Source: Hydrogenophilus sp.
Lineage (GTDB): Bacteria > Pseudomonadota > Gammaproteobacteria > Burkholderiales > Rhodocyclaceae
Length of the DNA stretch: 64,000 bases
Assembly (NCBI GenBank): GCA_026416515.1
Contig: JAOAEZ010000004.1
Location: forward strand, 41,227 to 105,226
Reading direction: 5' to 3'
The notes beneath the pieces are model-generated. The model saw only the letters and a program-made list of their open reading frames with translations. It was not told the origin of the DNA and searched no databases. Below, piece after piece: positions 49,476-59,664 of this stretch. How positions within the stretch are numbered: the first letter of the stretch is position 1; the number at the start of each line of letters is the position of its first letter. A program made the translations under genes and the position numbers.

Positions 49476-50257
49476 CCCACTCCCTCTCCATTCTCACCCT
49501 TCGCGCCACCCTCGCCTATTGGCGGCGCAACCTGCTTGTCTGGCGCAAACTCGCCATTCCCTCTCTTCTCGGCAACTTTCTCGACCCTCTTTTCTACCTC
49601 TTTGCGCTCGGCCTCGGCTTCAGCGCCCTCCTCTCACCCTCCGCTCACCCCTCCTACCTTCACTACCTTGCCCCGGGCATCATCCTCTATGCTGCCCTCA
49701 ACGCCACCACCTTTGAAGCCCTCTACTCCGCCTTTGCCCGCATGCACGTTCAAAAAACCTGGGAAGGGCTCCTCTATGGCCCTGTCTCCCTCGCCGCGAT
49801 TGTCGCTGGCGAACTCCTCTGGGCCAGTACCAAAGGCGTTATCGCCGGCGGAGCGGTAGCTCTTGTAGCCGCTGCGACTGGCCTCTTTCCCCTCTCGGCG
49901 TTCCCTCCCCTTCTTCCCCTCCTCGCGGCCTTCACCCTCCTTTTCGCTGCCCTTGCCCTCCCGATGGTAGCCTGGGCGCGCAACTACGACTTCTTTCTCT
50001 ACTATTTCACCCTCTTCATCACCCCTCTCTCGCTCCTCTCTGGCATCTTCTACCCAACCGACCTTCTCCCTCCCGCCCTTGCCCTTCCCATCCACTATCT
50101 CCCCCTCGCCCCTTTTGTCGCCCTCACCCACGCCCTTGCCGCTCAATCCCCCCTCCCCACAGACGCCCTCCTTCGCATCCTCCTTTACCTGCTTGTTCTC
50201 TTCCCCCTCTGTCTGCTCTACGCCTACCGTCGTCTCCACCAGCGGCTTCTTCCATGA
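49472..50257 (+). CDS. NodJ-like ABC-2 permease
   Basis: WRRNLLVWRKLA..SLLGN..DP, FEALYSAFARM..QKTW, YDFF.YY.TL.ITP. Confidence 0.9.
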   Translation: MTHSLSILTLRATLAYWRRNLLVWRKLAIPSLLGNFLDPLFYLFALGLGFSALLSPSAHPSYLHYLAPGIILYAALNATTFEALYSAFARMHVQKTWEGLLYGPVSLAAIVAGELLWASTKGVIAGGAVALVAAATGLFPLSAFPPLLPLLAAFTLLFAALALPMVAWARNYDFFLYYFTLFITPLSLLSGIFYPTDLLPPALALPIHYLPLAPFVALTHALAAQSPLPTDALLRILLYLLVLFPLCLLYAYRRLHQRLLP

Positions 50258-50333
50258 CCCCTGCCTCTTCCTTACGCTTGGACCTCCCCTCTCTCACTCG
50301 TTTTCTCACCCTCCTTGATCTGGAGCAACTCCG

Positions 50334-51029
50334 ATGAGCACCCCTCACACCGCCCAAACCCTTCTTATTCCCGGACCCATCGGCCCCATCGAATGCCTCA
50401 TCGACTATCCCTCGCCCCCTCCTCGCGGTCTCGCCATTATCGCCCACCCCCACCCCCTCTACGGTGGCACCAACCAAAACAAAGTCGTTCACACGCTCGC
50501 CCGCGCCTACCTCGAAGCCGGCTACTGGACCCTCCGCCCCAACTTTCGCGGGGTAGGGGGCAGCGCGGGGGAGCACGACCACGGCCATGGAGAAACCGAC
50601 GATCTTCTAGCCCTCATCCTCTGGGCCTCTGCCCAACACCCTCTCCACCACCTTCTCCTTGCCGGTTTCTCCTTCGGCGCGCACGTGATGGTCCGGCTCG
50701 CCCGTCGCCTTCTCGCCGCCGAGTCCCTCCCCTCTCCCCTTCCGGGGCTGGTGCTGCGCCACCTCACCCTCGTCGCCCTCCCCCACGGCCTCACCCTCGG
50801 CAGCGGTATCCGCTATGACACCCCACCGCTCCCTCCTGACCTTCCTGCTCTCATCATCCACGGCGCCGAAGACACCATTGTTCCCCTTGCCCATCTCTTC
50901 GCCTGGGCGCGGCCGCAAAACCACCCCCTCACCATCTTCCCGGGCGCCGATCACTTTTTCCACGGCCATCTTCCCCTTCTCAAAACCACCGTTCTCGAGC
51001 GCCTCTCCTGCCTCAATCCTTCCCCTTGA
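50334..51029 (+). CDS. Alpha/beta hydrolase (HPHP.YGG type)
   Basis: AHPHPLYGGTNQNKVV, NFRGVG.S.G, GFSFG, HGAED, HFFHG. Confidence 0.9.
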   Translation: MSTPHTAQTLLIPGPIGPIECLIDYPSPPPRGLAIIAHPHPLYGGTNQNKVVHTLARAYLEAGYWTLRPNFRGVGGSAGEHDHGHGETDDLLALILWASAQHPLHHLLLAGFSFGAHVMVRLARRLLAAESLPSPLPGLVLRHLTLVALPHGLTLGSGIRYDTPPLPPDLPALIIHGAEDTIVPLAHLFAWARPQNHPLTIFPGADHFFHGHLPLLKTTVLERLSCLNPSP

Positions 51030-51066
51030 CCGAACCAAAATCCTGATGTACTCTTAATAAAATTAA
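51026..51066 (+). promoter_or_regulatory. sigma70-type promoter followed by an AT-rich palindrome
   Basis: TTGACC-N17-TACTCT, then TTAAT-AAA-ATTAA (51054-51066). Confidence 0.5.
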
Positions 51067-51086
51067 CTTTAATACATAAGCCGCCG

Positions 51087-53519
51087 ATGGCTTCTCCCGC
51101 CGCCTCCCTCCCCCTCCCCTCCCTCTCTCACTCCTTTCCCTACCTCTCGGTCATCTTAGCGCTGCTGTTAGCAGCGGCCACCCTCATCACCGAATACGCA
51201 TGGTGGCAAATCGAACGCAATGCCACGCGCGCCACTCTCCAGCGCACCGCTTTTGCTCAAACCGATGCCCTTCTTGCCCGTCTCCACACCCACGCCGAGC
51301 GGCTGCGGCTGATTGGCGAAGGCATCCTCGGCAGGCAACTTCGCACGGAAGAACCCCTCACTCTCGAACAAGAGCAAGCGCTGCAGCGGCTGGCCGCCAA
51401 CCACGAAGCGCTGCGCGCGTTAATCATTGTCGCCGCTGACGGCAACCGCCTCTGGTGGTCGACCTTCCCCAACGCCACAAAACCGATCTTCACCACCCAA
51501 GACTTACAACCTGCCCTCAGCGCCCCTGACGCGCCGCCGCTTCTCCTCTCGCTACCCCGTTTTGCCGCTCGCCTCGGCGAAACGGTAGTCGGAGCCCGTA
51601 TCCCCATCCTTCATCCCGACGGCACGGTTGCTTTTTATGTCGGTGCCCCTTATAGCGCCCACCGTCTCTTTGCCCCACCTCAACCCGACGCCTCTCCTCA
51701 CCCCATCGCCATTACGGATCAACGCTACAACGTCGTCGTTAGCCTATGGCACCCCAACGAAGGCCTCATCATTCTTCCTGCCCTCAACGAGCGGATGGCT
51801 GGTGCGGATGACCCTGCTCATCTCCCCACCACCCACTGTCGGGCCCCCTACTGCGTCACCACCTGGCTCGTCACCCCCTTCTCGCGGGGCTACCTATACG
51901 CCTCGGCCCCTCGCTGGCTTCTCGAAGCCGCCCTTTTAGCGTTGGCCACCTGGCTCATCGCCGCACTCCAACGCGCGCTGCACTCGGCTCACAACCTCAA
52001 CGTTCAACTCCGCGCTGCCTACGCTCGGGAGCGCTCCCTCGCGCGGCTGGACCCCCTCACTGGTCTCGCCAACCGCGTCGCTTTCGAAGAGACGGCTGAA
52101 CGTCTCATCACCATCCACAATCGCAGTGGTGCGGCGCTGGCGATAGGCATTCTCGACCTTGACGACTTCAAACCGATCAACGACCGTTTCGGCTATGAAG
52201 CCGGGGACCACTACCTCACCCTTGTTGCCGAACGGCTCGCTGCCGTCGTTCCTCCTCCTCACCTCATCGCTCGGCTTGGCGGTGACGAATTCGCCCTCAT
52301 TCTCGTAGAGCTCCCGCTCGCCGCACCTCGGGAGGAACTCTCCGCCTTTATGGGGCGCCTCCAACAAAGCCTCGACCAACCCCTCACCCTCGCGGGCGAA
52401 ACCCTGCCCGCGGTAAGCTACCGCCTCGGCTGGGCGATCTATCCCCTGCACGGCGCTGTCGCCAACGACCTTTTGCGCCGCGCCGAGGAGCAACTCATCG
52501 CCCTCAAGAAAAACCGCAACTCCCGCAAATGGTCGGTGGTCGGCGACGAAATAGTACCTCAACCGATCGCCCTTGACCCCTACGGAGGGGAAGCCGCTAA
52601 GCTTCTCACCGCCTATGCTGCTCCTCTATCCTCCGCTTTTTCTGACGCTCACGACGAAATGCTCTCCCCCTCTTCCGACCTCTCCCCTTCGGCGTCCTCT
52701 CCCCCCCCGTCTACCGACGCCCCCCTCTTTCACCTTCTCCTCACCCCCGACCTGACCTCTGCCCAACTCACCACCGCTCTCGCCCAAGCCGGTACCGACG
52801 CCGCCCTCGACGGCAGAGCCCCCTGGGAAATTGTAGAGCCCCACACTCGACGTTTACTCCGTGCCCTCACCGCCCTTCAAGGTCAAGGGCTCCTTCCCCA
52901 CGACCTGCTCCGGCTCTTTCATACTCTTCTGACGCGCCACCACCATGCGCTCGCCGCGCAACTCGGCGCCTATCAGCAGGTCTATCAAGCCTATTGTCAC
53001 TTTCTCCTCGCTCAGATTCCCTCTCCGACTCTTCCCCCGGACCAATGGGGTTCAGCGCTCGTCGCCGCGGCGGCTCATCTTCCTGGCCTCGGTGGCGCTG
53101 CCCTCGTCGCCCCCCAATGGCAGACAGGAACTCACCTCCTCTCTATTGCACCGGCGGATCAGGCCGACCACCTTCACCATCTTCTCACCCAAACTCCTCA
53201 CATCCCTACCCACCTCGTCGACGCCCTCGCCAGCGGTCATCCCCACATCGTCGACCTCCCTGCGCTCTCTGCCAGCCTCGCCGCCGTTCCTCTCTTCGTC
53301 GCCGATCGTGGGCTGCTCCTCCTTCTGATCGGCAAAGCCCCGGGGCAATTCACCACGCCCCTAGCCCGTCTTTTTCTCGAACACCTTGCTCTCCGCCTGC
53401 GGCAAACACCCCTCTCCGCTTCCCCTTCTCGCCCCTCCCACCGTTCTCCCCCATCCGCGCGCTCTTCGTTCTCCAGCGAACCCTCCTCACACCCTCCTAA
53501 TCCTCCTCCGATCCCCTAA
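51087..53519 (+). CDS. Membrane-anchored diguanylate cyclase with a periplasmic sensor and a C-terminal degenerate globin/GAF-like extension
   Basis: Two hydrophobic helices flank a ~230-aa periplasmic region; RLDPLTGLANR, LDLDDFKPIND, ARLGGDEF; ~330 aa follow the GGDEF domain with no EAL motifs. Confidence 0.8.
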   Translation: MASPAASLPLPSLSHSFPYLSVILALLLAAATLITEYAWWQIERNATRATLQRTAFAQTDALLARLHTHAERLRLIGEGILGRQLRTEEPLTLEQEQALQRLAANHEALRALIIVAADGNRLWWSTFPNATKPIFTTQDLQPALSAPDAPPLLLSLPRFAARLGETVVGARIPILHPDGTVAFYVGAPYSAHRLFAPPQPDASPHPIAITDQRYNVVVSLWHPNEGLIILPALNERMAGADDPAHLPTTHCRAPYCVTTWLVTPFSRGYLYASAPRWLLEAALLALATWLIAALQRALHSAHNLNVQLRAAYARERSLARLDPLTGLANRVAFEETAERLITIHNRSGAALAIGILDLDDFKPINDRFGYEAGDHYLTLVAERLAAVVPPPHLIARLGGDEFALILVELPLAAPREELSAFMGRLQQSLDQPLTLAGETLPAVSYRLGWAIYPLHGAVANDLLRRAEEQLIALKKNRNSRKWSVVGDEIVPQPIALDPYGGEAAKLLTAYAAPLSSAFSDAHDEMLSPSSDLSPSASSPPPSTDAPLFHLLLTPDLTSAQLTTALAQAGTDAALDGRAPWEIVEPHTRRLLRALTALQGQGLLPHDLLRLFHTLLTRHHHALAAQLGAYQQVYQAYCHFLLAQIPSPTLPPDQWGSALVAAAAHLPGLGGAALVAPQWQTGTHLLSIAPADQADHLHHLLTQTPHIPTHLVDALASGHPHIVDLPALSASLAAVPLFVADRGLLLLLIGKAPGQFTTPLARLFLEHLALRLRQTPLSASPSRPSHRSPPSARSSFSSEPSSHPPNPPPIP

Positions 53520-53565
53520 AATGCGTTATAATTTCCCTTTTGCTGATCTCTCCGCCTCTCGATAA

Positions 53566-53781
53566 ATGGCTGCGGCAACGATCACCATTCTCCTTAACGG
53601 CGTTCACACTGCTCTTCCCGCCGGCGTTACCCTTGCTCACCTTCTTGCCGAGCGCGGCTGGCTCGGTAAACGCATCGCTGTCGAACGCAACGGCGAAATC
53701 GTTCCCAAAAGCGCCTACGAAAATATCCCCCTCTGCGATGGCGACCGGCTGGAGATCGTCGTCGCGGTAGGCGGTGGCTGA
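53566..53781 (+). CDS. thiS: Sulfur carrier protein ThiS
   Basis: LNG, IAVERNGEIVP, GDRLEIVVAVGGG C-terminus. Confidence 0.95.
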   Translation: MAAATITILLNGVHTALPAGVTLAHLLAERGWLGKRIAVERNGEIVPKSAYENIPLCDGDRLEIVVAVGGG

Positions 53782-53796
53782 AAGGAGCAGCCCTTT

Positions 53797-54594
53797 ATGG
53801 ACCCCGAAAACGACCCTCTCATCATCGGCAAACGTCGTTTTCGCTCTCGCCTCATCGTCGGCACGGGCAAATATCGCGACTTTGAACAGACCCGTGCGGC
53901 GGTCGACGCCGCGGGCGCTGAGATCGTCACCGTCGCGATTCGCCGTCTCAACCTCGGGCAAGACCCCGGACAACCCAACCTTCTCGACCACCTTCCCCCC
54001 GACCGCTACACCATTCTTCCCAACACTGCTGGCTGCACCACTGCTGAACAAGCCGTTCGCACCCTGCGTCTCGCGCGGGAGCTCCTCGATGGCGCCACCC
54101 TTGTCAAACTCGAAATCCTCGGCGACGAAAAGACCCTTTTCCCTGACATGCTCGAAACGCTGGAAGCGGCGGAACAACTGGTAGCGGAAGGTTTTGAAGT
54201 CATGGCCTACTGCTCCGACGACCCCATCTTTGCGCAGCGGCTGGAGCAGATCGGCTGTGTCGCCATCATGCCGTTAGCCTCCCTCATCGGCTCGGGGATG
54301 GGCATCCTCAACCCTTGGAATCTCAAACTCATCATCGAAACCGCGCAAGTCCCGGTGATCGTCGACGCTGGCGTCGGTACTGCCTCCGACGCGGCGATCG
54401 CGATGGAGCTCGGTTGCGACGCCGTTCTCACCAATACGGCGATCGCTCAAGCGCGCAATCCTATCCTCATGGCCCGCGCAATGCGTTTAGCGGTAGAAGC
54501 GGGAAGGGCTGCCTATCTCGCTGGGCGGATGGAGCGGCGCCCCTACACCGCCGATCCCAGCTCACCCGCGGTGGGTCTTCTTGGAAATCTTTAG
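53797..54594 (+). CDS. thiG: Thiazole synthase
   Basis: [43 protein letters not shown]. Confidence 0.98.
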   Translation: MDPENDPLIIGKRRFRSRLIVGTGKYRDFEQTRAAVDAAGAEIVTVAIRRLNLGQDPGQPNLLDHLPPDRYTILPNTAGCTTAEQAVRTLRLARELLDGATLVKLEILGDEKTLFPDMLETLEAAEQLVAEGFEVMAYCSDDPIFAQRLEQIGCVAIMPLASLIGSGMGILNPWNLKLIIETAQVPVIVDAGVGTASDAAIAMELGCDAVLTNTAIAQARNPILMARAMRLAVEAGRAAYLAGRMERRPYTADPSSPAVGLLGNL

Positions 54595-54609
54595 TTTCCC
54601 TCGCAAGCG

Positions 54610-55347
54610 ATGGACGAAGCCAAAGCTGTCGATCGACTCAGCAACCGCACTATTCGCACCTTTGTTCTCCGGCAAGGGCGGATGACCCCCAGCCAAAAAG
54701 AGGCCCTCGCCGCCCTCTACCCTCAATGGGGAATTTCCTGGCACCCCGATCATCCGCTCGACCCGGTGGCCATTTTTGGTCGCCAAGCCCCTTTGGTCAT
54801 CGAGATCGGCTCCGGGATGGGGGACGCCACGGCCCGGATTGCGGAAGCCAACCCTGAGATCAACTTCATCGCCATCGAAGTTCACGGTCCAGGGGTAGGC
54901 AACCTCCTCAAGCTCATCGAAGCGCGTCGTCTTACCAACCTGCGCGTCCTGCGCCATGATGCGGTTGAAGTCCTCGAACGGGTCATTCTCCCCGAAACCC
55001 TCTCGGCGATCCACCTCTTTTTCCCTGACCCCTGGCCGAAAAAGCAACACCACAAGCGTCGGATCATTCAACCCCCTCTCGTACACCTCATGGCCACTCG
55101 TCTCAAGCCAGGCGGCTATCTTCACTGTGCCACCGACTGGAGCGACTACGCCGAATGGATGCGCGCTGTGCTCGACGCCGAACCTCTCCTTGAAAATGCT
55201 TACCCGGAGACTGGGTTCGCCCAACCTCGTCCACCCTGGCGTCCCCGCACTAAATTTGAAGCGCGTGGTACTGCCCTTGGTCATCCCGTGTGGGACCTCG
55301 TATACCGGCGCCGTTATGCCCTTCCTTCTGACTCTACACCGCCATGA
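54610..55347 (+). CDS. trmB: tRNA (guanine-N7)-methyltransferase
   Basis: [41 protein letters not shown]. Confidence 0.97.
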   Translation: MDEAKAVDRLSNRTIRTFVLRQGRMTPSQKEALAALYPQWGISWHPDHPLDPVAIFGRQAPLVIEIGSGMGDATARIAEANPEINFIAIEVHGPGVGNLLKLIEARRLTNLRVLRHDAVEVLERVILPETLSAIHLFFPDPWPKKQHHKRRIIQPPLVHLMATRLKPGGYLHCATDWSDYAEWMRAVLDAEPLLENAYPETGFAQPRPPWRPRTKFEARGTALGHPVWDLVYRRRYALPSDSTPP

Positions 55348-57212
55348 CGCTCTCTCGCCTTCTCCTGCTTCCTCTTCGTCTTCTCGCCTCTCTTCTGCGG
55401 CTCCTTGAAATGGCAGGGCGGCTGGTGGTAGGGCTTATCGCCCTTCTCATCGCCCTTCTCACCCTCGCGCTTCTCTTTACCGACTGGCACCGTGCCCCGG
55501 CGCCTCATCCTCTTCCCGAGCGCTTTCTTCTCCACCTCGCTCTCGAAGGGCCCATCACCGAACGCCCTGCGGAAGACCCCCTCGACCTTCTCTTCGGCGA
55601 CCCGCACCAACAATCGCTCGCCCATCTCCTCGAAACCCTCGAGACCGCTCGCACCGATCCCCGGGTTATAGGGGTAGCCCTCGACCTCAGCCGTTTGGGC
55701 TCAGCTACGCTCGCTCAACTCGACGAACTCCGCGGGCAGCTTACCCAACTGCGCGCTGCCGGCAAGTCGGTCCATGCCTATGCCGACGCCTACACGCAAA
55801 AAAGCTATTTCCTCGCCAGCATTGCGGACGAAATTGTGCTGGACCCTGACGGTCACCTCCTCCTTCCTGGTCTTGCCTTCTACCCCACTTATTTGAAAGC
55901 AGCTCTCGACGCCCTCGGCATCGAAGTCCACGCTTTCCGGGCGGGGCGGCACAAATCGTTCATCGAACCCTTCACCCGTACTGAGATGTCGGCCGACGAG
56001 CGCGCCAACCTCGAAGACCTACTCCACGCCATCTGGCAGCGGCTGCGCGACGCGATCGCCGCGGCGCGGCGGATCCCTCCCGCTGAAATCGAGCGCTACC
56101 ACACCCAATTCGACGCGCTCTTAGCGGCTGCCGACGGCGATCCTGCGCAAACCGCGCTAAACGCCCGCCTCGTCGACCGCCTTGAAAGTCAATCGGCCTG
56201 GGAAGCGCGCCTCCTTGCGGCGCACCATCTCTCCGGTCGCCGCGAAGCGCTCGTCCCCTGGCACCGCTACCGCCTCACCACCCGCGCCCTCGACTCCCTG
56301 CGGCGCCGAAGCGGAGAGATTCGGGTCATTCCCATCGACGGAGCGATCGTCGAAGAAGAGGACTCCGAAGAAGCGGTCGCTGCAGCCGTCTCGCTCGTCG
56401 AGCACCTCACAGCGGCCGCCGAAGACCCGCACGTACGCGCCGTTGTTCTTCGCATCGCTTCCCCTGGTGGCTCGGCGTTTGCAGCGGAAACCATCCGGCG
56501 CACCGTCGAACATCTTCAACAGAGCGGCAAACCGGTAATCGCCAGTCTCGCCGGCGTCGCCGCCTCTGGAGGCTACTGGCTCGCGGCGCCGGCGGACCTC
56601 ATCGTTGCGACCCCTTACACCCTCACCGGCTCGATCGGCGTCTTTGCGCTTCTCCCCAACCTCTCCGGGCTCCTGGAAAAACTCCACCTCTCTACTGACG
56701 GCGTTGCCACCGGCCCCTTTGCGGCGGCGCTCGATCCCCGTCTTCCTCTCTCGGAGCGCGTCGCCGACGCCCTTCAGCGCAGCGTTGACCACACCTACCG
56801 CCGTTTTCTCACCGTAGTTGCCGATGGCCGCAAACTCCCCCTGCAAGAGGTCGCTGCTGTCGCCGAAGGTCGCGTCTGGCTCGGTGAAACCGCCCAAAAG
56901 CTTGGTCTCATCGACCGCCTCGGCGGCCTCAACGACGCGATTGCGCTCGCCCGCGAACGCGCCAATGCTCCCGATGCTGCGGTCACCTGGCCCGCTCCCT
57001 CTCCCAACCCGGCAAAGCTCCTCCGTCGCCTGCTCGTTCATCACTCCCCCCTCCCTGCCGGCAGTATCGTCTCCTCTTCCGTGCTCCCCCCCTCGCTCCT
57101 CCTGCTTCTCACCGCTCAGGAAGCGGCGGACAGTCTTCCCCTCCTACGCCGTCTCTTTACCGATCCCCCCACGCTCGACCCCCTGGCTCACTGTCTCTGC
57201 ACGCCCCCCTAA
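55344..57212 (+). CDS. sppA: Signal peptide peptidase SppA (67-kDa type)
   Basis: Two S49 domains; [39 protein letters not shown]. Confidence 0.93.
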   Translation: MTLSRLLLLPLRLLASLLRLLEMAGRLVVGLIALLIALLTLALLFTDWHRAPAPHPLPERFLLHLALEGPITERPAEDPLDLLFGDPHQQSLAHLLETLETARTDPRVIGVALDLSRLGSATLAQLDELRGQLTQLRAAGKSVHAYADAYTQKSYFLASIADEIVLDPDGHLLLPGLAFYPTYLKAALDALGIEVHAFRAGRHKSFIEPFTRTEMSADERANLEDLLHAIWQRLRDAIAAARRIPPAEIERYHTQFDALLAAADGDPAQTALNARLVDRLESQSAWEARLLAAHHLSGRREALVPWHRYRLTTRALDSLRRRSGEIRVIPIDGAIVEEEDSEEAVAAAVSLVEHLTAAAEDPHVRAVVLRIASPGGSAFAAETIRRTVEHLQQSGKPVIASLAGVAASGGYWLAAPADLIVATPYTLTGSIGVFALLPNLSGLLEKLHLSTDGVATGPFAAALDPRLPLSERVADALQRSVDHTYRRFLTVVADGRKLPLQEVAAVAEGRVWLGETAQKLGLIDRLGGLNDAIALARERANAPDAAVTWPAPSPNPAKLLRRLLVHHSPLPAGSIVSSSVLPPSLLLLLTAQEAADSLPLLRRLFTDPPTLDPLAHCLCTPP

Positions 57213-57216
57213 CCTT

Positions 57217-57777
57217 ATGATCGAAGAAACGCTGCGCAAAACGGCCATCTCCATCGTCGGGCTCCTTCTCCTGATGGCTGCGCTCGGCTGGGCCTACCAA
57301 GCCGAGATCGTTGCCGCCGCCGAATGGGTCGCCCGCCACGTTGGTTTTCCCGGAATGGCGGCGATTATTCTTTTTGTAGACACTTTCATCGTCCCCTTTC
57401 CCCCGGACTCCCTCCTCATGGTCATCAGCCGCAGCCACATGGCCGAACAATGGTGGCTTTACGTCATCGGCATCGGTCTTGTCTCCGCCTGGGCGGGGAT
57501 CCAAGGCTACTTCATCGGTCGTTGGCTCGAGCACCTCCCCACTCTGCACCGCATCTTCGGCAAATTTCGCGAAGAGCACGCGCCCATGCTGCGCAGATAT
57601 GGTTTCTGGTGGGTAGTCTTAGGAGCCACCACCCCCCTACCCTTCTCGGTCACCACCTGGACCTCGGGGATGTTGCGCATTCCCCTCTGGATCGTTGCCC
57701 TTGCCTCCCTCTTTCGCGTTCCCCGTTTTCTCATCTACTACCTCGTCATCGATGCCGGGCTCGGCCTCTTTTCCTGA
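57217..57777 (+). CDS. DedA/VTT (YqaA-like) membrane protein
   Basis: DTFIVPFPPD, GYFIGR, YGFW.V.LGA.TPLPF, FRVPRF. Confidence 0.8.
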   Translation: MIEETLRKTAISIVGLLLLMAALGWAYQAEIVAAAEWVARHVGFPGMAAIILFVDTFIVPFPPDSLLMVISRSHMAEQWWLYVIGIGLVSAWAGIQGYFIGRWLEHLPTLHRIFGKFREEHAPMLRRYGFWWVVLGATTPLPFSVTTWTSGMLRIPLWIVALASLFRVPRFLIYYLVIDAGLGLFS

Positions 57778-58774
57778 GCCGCTGCGGTCCCTCGCCGAAC
57801 GGCTTCACCACCTTGCGCGTGCCCTTGCTCTCTCTTCCTCTGAAACCGAAGCGCTTTTTGCCGCTTTTACCTCGCCGGCTCCCCTCGCCGGTCGAGTAAA
57901 CCCTCTTCGCGGAGTCACCGCTCTCACCGATCCCCTCCTTCTTTCTCTACCGCTTACCCCCGCCTTCTCTCCCCCCTACCCCCACCCCCTTGCTGCGCTT
58001 GCCTTTCTCGCCGACCCCCTCCATCGGGCGCTGCTCACTCACTCCCCCGCGGCGGAAGCGGGGCAGATTCTCCTCCAATCGCTCTCCAGTCAATGGGCCG
58101 TCTGGATCCTAGATCCACGTCCTGGGGAGACCATCCTCGACCTTGCTGCAGCCCCTGGCGGCAAAACCGCTCTCATCGCTGCCGCGATGGGCAACCGCGG
58201 TCAGATTCTTGCGGTAGAAGCCGTCAAGTCCCGTTTCTATCAAATGCGCGGGCTTCTCGATCGGCTCGGCGTCACCAACGCTCGCCTGCTCCTTACTGAC
58301 GGCCGGCGGATTGCCGCGCGCACCTCGGTCGCCTTCTCCAAAATCCTCCTCGACGCCCCCTGCAGCAGCGAAGCCCGCATTCACCTCTCCGATTCTCGCA
58401 CATGGCGTCACTGGTCGCTCGACAAAATCCATCAAGCCGCTTATAAACAACGCGCTCTTCTCAGCGCCGCCTGGCGCGTGCTCGCCCCTGGCGGTCGGCT
58501 CCTTTACGTCACCTGCACCTATGCCCCCGAAGAGAACGAATGGGTGGTTGCCCAACTCCTCGCCGCCGACCCCTCAGCCAATCTCATCCCTCCCCCCTGG
58601 TCCCCTCCGCACGCCCGCCCGGCCCTTCTTCCCGACGCCATTCCTCCCCTCCTCTCTCCTCGTCGTCCTCCCTCCCTCTCCCCCGACCGTGCCCTTCAAC
58701 TCACCCATGCCCGCCGCCTTCTCCCTATTCCCCCCTACACCGCCCTCTTCCTCGCTTTTCTCGAAAAAAGATAG
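57752..58774 (+). CDS. RsmB/RsmF (NOL1/NOP2) family RNA m5C methyltransferase
   Basis: Q..SS, LDLAAAPGGKT, ILLDAPCS, YVTCT...EENE.VV. Confidence 0.9.
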   Translation: MPGSASFPEPLRSLAERLHHLARALALSSSETEALFAAFTSPAPLAGRVNPLRGVTALTDPLLLSLPLTPAFSPPYPHPLAALAFLADPLHRALLTHSPAAEAGQILLQSLSSQWAVWILDPRPGETILDLAAAPGGKTALIAAAMGNRGQILAVEAVKSRFYQMRGLLDRLGVTNARLLLTDGRRIAARTSVAFSKILLDAPCSSEARIHLSDSRTWRHWSLDKIHQAAYKQRALLSAAWRVLAPGGRLLYVTCTYAPEENEWVVAQLLAADPSANLIPPPWSPPHARPALLPDAIPPLLSPRRPPSLSPDRALQLTHARRLLPIPPYTALFLAFLEKR

Positions 58775-58806
58775 AATAAACATTCTCGCTTTTCCTGGAG
58801 GTGCCG

Positions 58807-59664
58807 ATGTCCTTCTCTTTGCTTCGTCGTCAACTCCTCCTAGCCTCGCTGCTCTCTCCCTTAGGGGTAGGGGCCCAGCAGCCCCAACAACCCTCCTCTT
58901 TCCTCACTTTTGGTGTTGTCCCTTACCTCAGCGCCCGCAAGCTCGCCGAACTCTACGAACCGATCCGCGCCGTGTTTGCCGCCTTTTTCGCCCAACCGGT
59001 TCTCCTCGAATCGGCTCCCAACTACCGCGCGCACTTTGCCCGCACCGCGGCGGGGGCCTATGACCTCATCGCCACCAGTCCCTATTTTGGGCGAATCGCT
59101 CAACTGCGCTACGGTTTCGTCGGTCTAGCGCGTCCCAGTACGGAACTCGAACCTGTGATCATCGTTCTTCCCGGCAGCCCGATCACTCACCCGCTCGCCC
59201 TCCAACACAAGCGGATCGCTGCCAGCGACGCGTGGGCCCATATTACCCTCGCTGCGCGGCGCTACCTCCGCGAACAAGGACTGCTCGCCGGGCGCGATTT
59301 TCTCCTCATCGCCACCGGCAACCACGCCAACGCGTGGCTCTATCTGCAGCAAGGGCAAGCGGAAGCTGCTGTTCTTTCGATCAGCAGCCTCAAACAGCTC
59401 GAACTCCCTGCCGACCAATACCGCATCCTTCTCCGTCTTCCCCCTTCGCCGCCGCTTCTCTATCTCGCCCATCAGCGGCTGGGAAGTGACCGTATTGCAG
59501 CGTTGGCCATGGCCTTACAACAGTGGAGCCACACCTCGGAGGGGAGCGCTGCACTCTCCCGCCTCGGCCATGGCACGCTCATTCCCATCCGCGACGCCGA
59601 CTGGCAAGCGCTCGATTCCTTTGTCGCCGAGTATGATCTCATCGCCCAAGAGCCGATCGAATGA
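58807..59664 (+). CDS. PhnD/PtxB-like (phosphate/phosphite/phosphonate class) periplasmic binding protein with no adjacent transporter genes
   Basis: LRRQLL Tat-like signal, TFGVVPYLS..KL...YEP, YDLI..SP, GNHANA...L..GQAEAA; stop overlaps the next ATG. Confidence 0.8.
   Translation: MSFSLLRRQLLLASLLSPLGVGAQQPQQPSSFLTFGVVPYLSARKLAELYEPIRAVFAAFFAQPVLLESAPNYRAHFARTAAGAYDLIATSPYFGRIAQLRYGFVGLARPSTELEPVIIVLPGSPITHPLALQHKRIAASDAWAHITLAARRYLREQGLLAGRDFLLIATGNHANAWLYLQQGQAEAAVLSISSLKQLELPADQYRILLRLPPSPPLLYLAHQRLGSDRIAALAMALQQWSHTSEGSAALSRLGHGTLIPIRDADWQALDSFVAEYDLIAQEPIE

Noticed and set aside
48534-50257. Nodulation (Nod factor) locus
   Set aside because: Only NodI/NodJ-like exporter genes are present; no nodABC or nod box was seen, and such homologues occur in non-symbionts.
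53500-53565. TPP riboswitch upstream of thiS-thiG (also checked before thiD)
   Set aside because: The spacers are too short (46 nt and 17 nt) and lack the CTGAGA core motif.
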